64,000 nt of DNA, taken from positions 272,552,001 to 272,616,000 of the forward strand of contig OZ024743.1 in the NCBI GenBank assembly GCA_964016885.1, written 5' to 3'. The notes beneath the pieces are model-generated. The model searched no databases and had not been told where the DNA came from. It was given only the letters and a program-made list of their open reading frames with translations. A program made the position numbers and the translations under genes. Shown piece by piece: positions 49,001 through 62,259 of the stretch. The stretch's first letter is position 1; every line of letters begins with the position of its first letter. Source of the DNA: Eledone cirrhosa (Eukaryota).

Positions 49001-50204
49001 AATCACTAAAACAACCACGACCATCACAACAAATAAAACAACCACGACCATCACAACTAAAACAACCACGACCACCACAACAACTAAAACGACACGACCA
49101 TCACAACAATTAAAACAACCACGATCTCCACAACAACGAAAACAACCACGACCATCACAACAGCTATAACAACCACGACCATCACAACAACTAAAACAAT
49201 CACGACCATCTCAACAACTAAAACAACCACGACCATCACAACAACTAAAACAACACGACCATCACAGCAACTAAAACAACCACGACCATCACAACAACTA
49301 AAACAACACGACCATCACAGCAACTAAAACAACGACGACCATCACAACAACTAAAACCACACGACCATCACAACAACTAAAAGAACCACGACCATCACAG
49401 CAACTAAAACCACCACGACCATCACAACAACTAAAACAACACGACCATCACAGCAACTAAAACAACCACGACCATCACGACAACTAAAAGAACACGACCA
49501 TCACAACAACTAAAACAACTACGACCATCACAGCAACTAAAACAACCACGACCATCACAACAACTAAAACAAGCACGACCATCACAACAACTAAAACAAT
49601 CACGACCATCACAACAACTAAAACAACCACGACCATTATAACAACTAAAACACCAAGAACATCACAACTAAAACCACCACGACCATCACAACTAAAACAG
49701 CACGACCAACGCAAATAAAACAACCACGACCATCACAACTAAAACAACACGACTATCACAACAACTAAAAGAACCACGACCATCACAACAACTAAAACAA
49801 CCACGACCATCACAACAACTAAAACAACCACGACCATCACAATAATTAAACAACACGACCATCACAACAACTAAAACCACCACCACCATCTCAACCACTA
49901 AAACAACCACGACCATCGCAACAACTAAAACAACCACGACCATCACAACTAAAACAACCACGACCATCACAAATAAAACAACCCGACCATCACAACAACT
50001 AAAATAATCACGACCATCATAACAACTAAAACAACACGAACATCACAACAACTAAAAGAACCACGACCATCACAAAAACTAAAACAACCACGACCATCAA
50101 AACAACTAAAACAACCACGACCATCACAACTAAAGCAACCACGATAATCACAGCTAAAACAACCACGACCATCACAACAACTAAAACAACCACGACCATC
50201 ACAA

Positions 50205-53200
50205 CAACTAAAACAACCACGACCATCACAACAACTAAAACGCCCAGGACCATCACGACAACTAAAAGAACCACTACCATCACAACAACTAAAACAACCT
50301 CGACCATCACAACAACTAAAACAAGCACGACCATCACAACAACTAAAACAATCACGACCATCTCAACAACTAAAACAACCACGACCATCACAACAACTAA
50401 AACAACACGACCATCACAACAACTAAAACAACCACGACCATTACAACAACTAAAACAACACGAACATCACAACTAAAACAACCACGACCTACACAATAAT
50501 TAAACGACACGACCATCACAACAACTAAAACCACCACCACCAACACAACCACTAAAACAACCACGACCATCGCAACAACTAAAACAACACGACCATCACA
50601 ACAACTAAAACAACCACGACCATCACAACAACTAAAACAACCACGATCATCACGACTAAACAACACGATCATCACAACAACTAAAACAACCACGCCCTCC
50701 ACAACAATTAAAACAACTACGACCATCACAACATTTAAAAGAACCACGATAATCACTAACAATTAAAACAACCACGACCTCCACAACAACTAAAACAACG
50801 ACGACCATCACAACAACTAAAACAACCACAACCATCACAACAACTAAGACAACCACGACCATCACAACAAGTAAAACAACCACGACCATCACAACTAAAA
50901 CAACCACGACCATCACAACAACTAAAACAACCACGACCATCACAACAACTAAAACAACCACGACCATCACAACAAAAACAACCACGACCATCGCAACAAC
51001 TAAAACAACCCAGACCATCACAACAACTAAAACAACCACAATCATCACAACAACTAAAACAACCACGACTATCACAACAACTAAAACAACCACGATCTCC
51101 ACAACAACTAAAACAACCACGACCATTACAACAACTAAAACAACCACGACCATCACAACAACTAAAACAACCACGACCATCACAACTAAAACAACCACGG
51201 CATCACAACAACTAAAACAATACGACCTCCACAACAACTAAAACAACCACGACCATCACAACTACTAAAACAACCACGACCATCACAACAACTAAAACAA
51301 CCACGACAATCACAGCTAAAACAACCACGATCATCACAACAACTAAAACAACCACGACCATCACAACAACTAAAACAACCACGACCTCCACAACAACTAA
51401 AACAACCACAACCATCACAAAAACTAAAACAACCACGACCATCACAACAACTAAAACAACCACGAACATCACAACTAAAACAACCACGACCATCACAAAA
51501 ACTAAAACAACCATGACCATCACAACCACTAAAAAGCCACGACCATCACAACCACTAAAACAACCACGACAATCACAACAACTAAAACAACCACGACCAT
51601 CACAACTAAAAGAACAACGACAATCACAACAAATAAAACGACCAGGACCATCACGACAACTAAAAGAACCACGACCATCACAGCAACTAAAACAACCACG
51701 ACCATCACAGCAACTAAAACAACCACGACCATCACAACAATTAAAACAACCACGATCATCACAACAACTAAAACAATCACGACCATCTCAACAACTAAAA
51801 CAACCACGACCATCACAACAACTAAAACAACACGACCATCACAGCAACTAAAACAACCACGACCATCACAACAACTAAAACAACACGACCATCACAGCAA
51901 CTAAAACAACCACGACCATCACAACAACTAAAACCACACGACCATCACAACAACTAAAAGAACCACGACCATCACAGCAACTAAAACAACCACGACCATC
52001 ACAACAACTAAAACAACACGACCATCACAGCAACTAAAACAACCACGACCATCACAACAACTAAAAGAACACGATCATCACAACAACTAAAACAATCACG
52101 ACCATCACAACAACTAAAACAACCACGACCATTACAACAACTAAAACACCAAGAACATCACAACTAAAACAACCACGACCATCACAACAATTAAAACAAC
52201 CACGACCATCACAATAATTAAACAACACGACCATCACAACAACTAAAACCACCACCACCTTCACAACCACTAAAACAACCACGACCATCGCAACAACTGA
52301 AACAACCACGACCATCACAACTAAAACAACCACGACCATCACAACAATTAAGACAACCACGACCACCACGACAACTAAAACAACCACGACCATCACAACT
52401 AAAACAACCACGACCATCACAACTATAACAACAACGACCATCACAACAACTAAAACAATCACGACCATCACAACAACTAAGACAACCACGACCATCACTA
52501 CAACTAAAACAACCACGCCCTCCACAACAATTAAAACAACCACAATCATCACAACAATTAAAAGAACCACGATAATCACAACCATTAAAACAACCACGAC
52601 CTCCACAACAACTAAAACAACCACGATCATCACAACAACTAAAACAACCACCAACATCACATTAACTAAAACAACCACGACCATGACAACAACTAAAACA
52701 ACCACGACCATCACAACCACTAAAACACCCACGACCATGACAACATATAAAACAACCACGACCATCACAACTAAAACAACCACGACCATCACAACAATTA
52801 AAACAACACGACCATCTCAACAACTAAAACAACCACGATCTACACAGCAAGTAAAACAACCACGACCATCACAACAACTAAAACAACCACGACCATCACA
52901 ACAACTAAGACAACCACGACCATCACAACAAGTAAAACAACCACGACCATCACAACTAAAACAACCACGACCATCACAACAACTAAAACAACACGACCAT
53001 CACAACAACTAAAACAACCACGACCATCACCACTAAAACAACCACGACCATCGCAACAACTAAAACAACCCAGACCATCACAACAACTAAAACAACCACA
53101 ATCATCACAACAACTAAAACAACCACGACCATCACAACAACTAAAACAACCACGATCTCCACAACAACTAAATCAACCACGACCATTACAACAACTAAAA

Positions 53201-56200
53201 CAACCACGACCATCACAACAACTAAAACAACCACGACCATCACAACTAAAACAACCACGGCATCACAACAACTAAAACAATACGACCTCCACAACAACTA
53301 AAACAACCACGACCATCACAACAACTAAAACAACCACGACCATCACAACAACTAAAACAACTACGACCATCACAACTAAAATAACCACGGCATCACAACA
53401 ACTAAAACAACACGACCTCCACAACAACTAAAACAACCACGACCATCACAACAACTAAAACAACCACGACCATCACAACAACTAAAACAACCACGACTAT
53501 CATAACAACTAAAACAACACGACCATCACAACTAAAACATCCTCGATCATCACAACAACTTAAACAACCACGACCATCACAACAACTAAAACTACCACGA
53601 CCATCACAACAACTAAGACAACCACGACCATCACAACTAAAACAACCACGATCATCACAACAACTAAAACAACCACGACCTCCACAACAACTAAAACAAC
53701 ACGACCATCACAACAACTAAAACAACACGAACATTACAACAACTAAATCAAACCACGACCATTACAACTATAACAACCACGACCATCACAACAACTAAAA
53801 CAACCACGACCATCACAACAACTAAAACAACTACGACCATCACAACTAAAATAACCACGGCATCACAACAACTAAAACAACACGACCTCCACAACAACTA
53901 AAACAACCACGACCATCACAACAACTAAAACAACCACGACCATCACAACAACTAAAACAACCACAACCATCACAACAAGTAAAACAACCGCAACTATCAC
54001 TCAACTAAAACAACCACGATCATCACAGCAACTAAAACAACCACGACCATCACAACAACTAAGACAACCACGATCATCACAACAACTAAGACAACCACGA
54101 CCATCAAAACAACTAAAACAACCACGAACATCACAACAACTAAAACAAACCACGACCATTACAACTATAACAACCACGATCATCACAACAACTAAGACAA
54201 CCACGACCATCACAACAAATAAAACTACCACGACCATCACAACCACTAAAACAACTACGACCAGCACGACTAAAACAACCACAACCATCACAACAAGTAA
54301 AACAATCGCAACTATCACTCAACTAAAACAAACACGACCATCAGTACTAAAACAGCCACGACCATCACAACAACTAAAACAACCACGAACATCACAATAA
54401 AACAACCACGACCATCACAACAATTAAGACAACCACGACCACCACGACAACTAAAACAACCACGACCATCACAACTAAAACAACCACGAACATCACAAAC
54501 ATTAAAACAACCACGACCATTACAACAACTAAAACAACCACGACCATCACAACTAAAACAACCACGGCATCACAACAACTAAAATAATACGACCTCCACA
54601 ACAACTAAAACAACCACGACCATCACAACAACTAAAACAACCACGACCATCACAACAACTAAAACAACTACGACCATCACAACTAAAATAACCACGGCAT
54701 CACAACAACTAAAACAACACGACCTCCACAACAACTAAAACAACCACGACCATCACAACAACTAAAACAACCACGACCATCACAACAACTAAAACAACCA
54801 CGACTATCATAACAACTAAAACAACACGACCATCACAACTAAAACATCCTCGATCATCACAACAACTTAAACAACCACGACCATCACAACAACTAAAACT
54901 ACCACGATCATCACAAAAACTAAGACAACCACGACCATCACGACAACTAAAACAACCACGACCATCACAACTAAAACAACCACGACCATCACAACCATTA
55001 AAACAACCACGACCATCACAACAACTAGAAGAACCACGACCATCACAAATAAAACAACCACGACCATCACAACAACTAAAACAACCAGAATCATCACAAC
55101 AACTAAACCAACCACGACCATCACAACTAAAACAACCACGACCATCACAACAATTAAGACAACCACGACCACCACGACAACTAAAACAACCACGACCATC
55201 ACAACTAAAACAACCACGACCATCACAACTAAAACAACAACGACCATCACAACAACTAAAACAATCACGACCATCACAACAACTAAGACAACCACGACCA
55301 TCACAACAACTAAAACAACCACGAACATCACAACAACTAAAACAACCACGACCATTACAACTATAACAACCACGACCATCACAACAACTAAGACAACCAC
55401 GACCATCACAACAACTAAAACAACCACGACCATCACAAGTAAAACAACCGCAACCGTCACTCAACTAAAACAACCACGACCATCAGAACTAAAACAACCA
55501 CGACGATCAGAAACATTAAAACAACCACGACCATCACAACAAATAAAACAAGCACGACCATCACAACAACTAAAACAACCACGACCATCACAACAACTAA
55601 AACAACCACGAACATCACAACTAAAACAACCCCGAACATCACAACTAAAACAACGTCGACCATCACAACCATTAAAACAACCACGACCATCACAACAACT
55701 AAAACAACCACGACCATCAGAACTAAAACAACCACGACCATCACAACAACTAAAACAACCACGACCATCACAACAACTAAAACAACACGACCATCACAAC
55801 AACTAAAACAACCACGACCATCACAACAACTAAAACCACCACGACCATCACAACAATTAAAACAACCATCACAACCACTAAAACTACCACGACCATCACA
55901 ACAACTAAAACAACCACAAAACTGCACAACAACTAAAACAACCACGATTACAACAGCAACTAAAACAACCACGACCATCAAAACAACTAAAAGAACCACG
56001 ACCAGCACTACTAAAACAACACGACCTCCACAACAATGAATCAACCACGAGCATCATAACAACTAAAACAACCACGACCATCACAACAACTAAAACGCCC
56101 AGGACCATCACGACAACTAAAAGAACCACTACCATCACAACAACTAAAACAACCTCGACCATCACAACAACTAAAACAAGCACGACCATCACAACAACTA

Positions 56201-58280
56201 AAACAATAACGACCATCTCAACAACTAAAACAACCACGACCATCACAACAACTAAAACAACACGACCATCACAACAACTAAAACAACCACGACCATTACA
56301 ACAACTAAAACAACACGAACATCACAACTAAAACAACCACGACCTACACAATAATTAAACGACACGACCATCACAACAACTAAAACCACCACCACCAACA
56401 CAACCACTAAAACAACCACGACCATCGCAACAACTAAAACAACACGACCATCACAACAACTAAAACAACCACGACCATCACAACAACTAAAACAACCACG
56501 ACCATCACGACTAAACAACACGACCATCACAACAACTAAAAAAACCACGCCCTCCACAACAATTAAAACAACTACGACCATCACAACATTTAAAAGAACC
56601 ACGATAATCACTAACAATTAAAACAACCACGACCTCCACAACAACTAAAACAACCACGACCATCACAACAACTAAAACAACCACAACCATCACAACAACT
56701 AAGACAACCACGACCATCACAACAAGTAAAACAACCACGACCATCACAACTAAAACAACCACGACCATCACAACAACTAAAACAACCACGACCATCACAA
56801 CAACTAAATCAACCACGACCATCACAACAAAAACAACCACGACCATCGCAACAACTAAAACAACCCAGACCATCACAACAACTAAAACAACCACAATCAT
56901 CACAACAACTAAAACAACCACGACTATCACAACAACTAAAACAACCACGATCTCCACAACAACTAAAACAACCACGACCATTACAACAACTAAAACAACC
57001 ACGACCATCACAACAACTAAAACAACCACGACCATCACAACTAAAACAACCACGGCATCACAACAACTAAAACAATACGACCTCCACAACAACTAAAACA
57101 ACCACGACCATCACAACTACTAAAACAACCACGACCATCACAACAACTAAAACAACCACGACAATCACAGCTAAAACAACCACGATCATCACAACAACTA
57201 AAACAACCACGACCATCACAACAACTAAAACAACCACGACCTCCACAAGAACTAAAACAACCACAACCATCACAAAAACTAAAACAACCACGACCATCAC
57301 AACAACTAAAACAACCACGAACATCACAACTAAAACAACCACGACCATCACAAAAACTAAAACAACCATGACCATCACAACCACTAAAAAGCCACGACCA
57401 TCACAACCACTAAAACAACCACGACAATCACAACAACTAAAACAACCACGACCATCACAACTAAAAGAACAACGACAATCACAACAAATAAAACGACCAG
57501 GACCATCACGACAACTAAAAGAACCACGACCATCACAGCAACTAAAACAACCACGACCATCACAGCAACTAAAACAACCACGACCATCACAACAATTAAA
57601 ACAACCACGATCATCTCAACAACTAAAACAACCACGACCATCACAACAACTAAAACAACACGACCATCACAGCAACTAAAACAACCACGACCATCACAAC
57701 AACTAAAACAACACGACCATCACAGCAACTAAAACAACCACGACCATCACAAAAACTAAAACCACACGACCGTCACAACAACTTAAAGAACCACGACCAT
57801 CACAGCAACTAAAACAACCACGACCATCACAACAACTAAAACAACACGACCATCACAGCAAATAAAACAACCACGACCATCACAACAACTAAAAGAACAC
57901 GATCATCACAACAACTAAAACAATCACGACCATCACAACAACTAAAACAACCACGACCATTACAACAACTAAAACATAAGAACATCACAACTAAAACAAC
58001 CACGACCATCACCACAATTAAAACAACCACGACCATCACAATAATTAAACAACACGACCATCACAACAACTAAAACCACCACCACCTTCACAACCACTAA
58101 AACAACCACGACCATCGCAACAACTGAAACAACCACGACCATCACAACTAAAACAACCACGACCATCACAACAATTAAGACAACCACGACCACCACGACA
58201 ACTAAAACAACCACGACCATCACAACTAAAACAACCACGACCATCACAACTAAAACAACAACGACCATCACAACAACTAA
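50205..58280 (+). repeat. Non-adjacent ~2.2-kb duplicated segments (~50205-52450 and ~56060-58280; offset 5855)
   Basis: ORF pairs 50397/56252, 50656/56511, 51212/57067, 51513/57368. Private variants CGCCCAGG (50241/56096), GACCTACAC, ACATTTAAAAGAACC, ATCACTAACAATT. Confidence 0.9.
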
Positions 58281-58810
58281 AACAATCACGACCATCACAA
58301 CAATTAAGACAACCACGACCACCACGACAACTAAAACAACCACGACCATCACAACTAAAACAACCACGAACATCACAAACATTAAAACAACCACGACCAT
58401 TACAACAACTAAAACAACCACGACCATCACAACTAAAACAACCACGGCATCACAACAACTAAAATAATACGACCTCCACAACAACTAAAACAACCACGAC
58501 CATCACAACAACTAAAACAACCACGACCATCACAACAACTAAAACAACTACGACCATCACAACTAAAATAACCACGGCATCACAACAACTAAAACAACAC
58601 GACCTCCACAACAACTAAAACAACCACGACCATCACAACAACTAAAACAACCACGACCATCACAACAACTAAAACAACCACGACTATCATAACAACTAAA
58701 ACAACACGACCATCACAACTAAAACATCCTCGATCATCACAACAACTTAAACAACCACGACCATCACAACAACTAAAACTACCACGACCATCACAAAAAT
58801 TAAGACAACC
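53280..58810 (+). repeat. Three dispersed copies of a ~0.35-0.5 kb segment marked by CATCCTCGATC
   Basis: Marker at ~53538, ~54845 and ~58725 (offsets 1307 and 3880), each preceded by the same AATACGACCTCC ... GACTATCATAAC series. Confidence 0.8.
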
Positions 58811-60640
58811 ACGACCATCACAACTAAAACAACCACGACAATCACAGCTGAAACAACCACGATCATCACAACAACTAAAACAACCACGACCTCCACAACA
58901 ACTAAAACAACACGACCATCACAACAACTAAAACAACACGACCATTACAACAACTAAAACAACACGAACATCACAACTAAAACAACCGCGACCATCACAA
59001 CAATTAAAACAACCACGACCATCACGATAACTAAACAACACGACCATCACAACTAAAACAACCACGACCATCACAACTAACACAACACGACCAACACAAC
59101 TAAAACAACCACGACCATCACAACTACTAAAATAACCACAACCATCACAACAACTAAAACAACCAGGACCATCACATCCACTAAAATAACCACGACCATC
59201 ACAACAACTAAAACAACCATGACAATCACAAGTAAAACAACCACGACCATCGCAACAACTAAAACCACCACTGCCATCACAACAACTAAAACTACCACGA
59301 CCATCACAACAACTAAAACAACTACGACCAGCACGACTAAAACAACCACAACCATCACAACAAGTAAAACAACCGCAACTAATACTCAACTAAAACAAAC
59401 ACGACCATCAGTACTAAAACAGCCACGACCATCACAACAACTAAAACAACCACGAACATCACAATAAAACAACCACGACCATCACAACAATTAAGACAAC
59501 CACGACCACCACGACAACTAAAACAACCACGACCATCACAACTAAAACAACCACGATCATCACAACCATTAAAACAACCACGACCATCACAACAACTAGA
59601 AGAACCATGACCATCACAAATAAAACAACCACGACCATCACAACAACTAAAACAACCAGAATCATCACAACAACTAAACCAACCACGACCATCACAACTA
59701 AAACAACCACGACCATCACAACAATTAAGACAACCACGACCACCACGACAACTAAAACAACCACGACCATCACAACTAAAACAACCACGACCATCACAAC
59801 TAAAACAACAACGACCATCACAACAACTAAAACAATCACGACCATCACAACAACTAAGACAACCACGACCATCACAACAACTAAAACAACCACGAACATC
59901 ACAACAACTAAAACAACCACGACCATTACAACTATAACAACCACGACCATCACAACAACTAAGACAACCACGACCATCACAACAACTAAAACAACCACGA
60001 CCATCACAAGTAAAACAACCGCAACCGTCACTCAACTAAAACAACCACGACCATCAGAACTAAAACAACCACGACGATCAGAAACATTAAAACAACCACG
60101 ACCATCACAACAAATAAAACAAGCACGACCATCACAACAACTAAAACAACCACGACCATCACAACAACTAAAACAACCACGAACATCACAACTAAAACAA
60201 CCCCGAACATCACAACTAAAACAACGTCGACCATCACAACCATTAAAACAACCACGACCATCACAACAACTAAAACAACCACGACCATCAGAACTAAAAC
60301 AACCACGACCATCACAACAACTAAAACAACCACGACCATCACAACAACTAAAACAACACGACCATCACAACAACTAAAACAACCACGACCATCACAACAA
60401 CTAAAACCACCACGACCATCACAACAATTAAAACAACCATCACAACCACTAAAACTACCACGACCATCACAACAACTAAAACAACCACAAAACTGCACAA
60501 CAACTAAAACAACCACGATTACAACAGCAACTAAAACAACCACGACCATCAAAACAACTAAAAGAACCACGACCAGCACTACTAAAACAACACGACCTCC
60601 ACAACAATGAATCAACCACGAGCATCATAACAACTAAAAC
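54950..60640 (+). repeat. Non-adjacent ~1.1-kb duplicated segments (~54950-56070 and ~59520-60640; offset 4571)
   Basis: Identical ORFs 55457..56044 and 60028..60615. Private variants CCGCAACCGTCACTC (~55448/~60019), ACGTCGACC, ACTGCAC (55921/60492), CAATGAATCAACC. Confidence 0.9.
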
Positions 60641-62259
60641 AACCTCGACCATCACAACAACTAAAACAACCATGAGCATCGAAATAAAACAACCACGACC
60701 GTCACAAAAACTAAAACTACCACGGCTATCACAACAACTAAAACAACCACGACCATCACAGCAACTAAAACAACCACGACCATCACAACAACTTAAACAA
60801 CCACGACCATCACAACCAAAACAATCCACGACCATCAGAACAACTAAAACCACAAGACCATCACAACTAAAACAATCACGACCATCTCAACAACTAAGAC
60901 AACCACGACCATCACGACAACTAAACGAAACACGACCATTACAACTATAACAATCACGACGTTCACAACAACTAAGACAAGCACGATCATCACAACAACT
61001 AAATCAACCACGACCATCACAACAATTAAAAGTACCATTACCATCACAACCACTAACAAACACGGCCATCACAATAACTAAAACAACCATAACCATCACT
61101 CAACTAAAACGCCACGACCATCAGAACTAAAACAACCATGACCATCACAACAACTAATTCAACCACGACGATCACAACAACTAAAACAACCACGGCCATC
61201 ACAACAACTAAAACAACCATAACCATCACTCAACTAAAACACCACGACCATCACAACTAAAACAACCACGACCATCACAACAACTAAAACAACCACGACC
61301 ATCACAACAACTAAAATAACCACGACCATCACAACAACTAAAAGAACCATGACCATCACAAATAAAACAACCACGACCATCACAACAACTAAAACAACCA
61401 CGACCATCACAACTAAAACAACTACGACCATCACAACAAATAAAACCATCACGACCATCAACTAAAACAACCACGACCATCACAATAACTAAAACCACCA
61501 CCATCATCATAACAACTAAAACAACCACGAACATCACAAATAAAACAACCACGACCATCACAACAACTAAAACAACCACGACCTCCACAACAACAAAATC
61601 AACCACGACCATCACAACAACTAAAACAACCATGACCATCACAACTAAAGCAACCACGGCCTTCACAATAACTAAAACAACCACACCCATCACAACAACT
61701 AAAACAACCACGACCATCACAACCAAAACAACCACGACCATCACAACAACTAAAACAATCACGATCATCAACTAAAACAACCACGACCATCACAATAACT
61801 AAAACCAACACCATCATCATAACAACTAAAACAACCACGAACATCACAAATAAATCAACCACGACCATCACAACAACTAAAACAACCACGACCATCACAA
61901 CAACTAAAACAACCACGACCATCACGACAACTAAAACAACCACGACAATGACAACAACTGAAACAACACGACCATCACAACAACTAAAACAACCACGCCC
62001 ATCACAACAACTAAAACAACCACGACCATCACAATAACTAAAACCACCATGACCATCACAGCAACTAAAACAACCACGACCATCACAACTAAAACAACCA
62101 CGAACATCACAACAACTAAAACAACCACGACCATCACAACCAAAACAACCACGACCATCACAACAACTAAAACAATCACGATCATCAACTAAAACAACCA
62201 CGACCATCACAATAACTAAAACCAACACCATCATCATAACAACTAAAACAACCACGAAC

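Noticed and set aside
54709-60035. Cys-rich ORFs (CCDGRGCFS)n resembling keratin-associated or metallothionein-like proteins
   Set aside because: Another open frame of the same monomer. They drift between Cys-rich and Val-rich frames, have no signal peptide or unique termini, and starts are often non-ATG.
59607-60377. Longest + strand ORF (256 aa, Thr-rich then QQLKQPRPS), mucin-like
   Set aside because: The ATG is an ACG>ATG variant within a monomer, and the ORF frameshifts between repeat frames and ends at the consensus TAA. There is no flanking gene structure.
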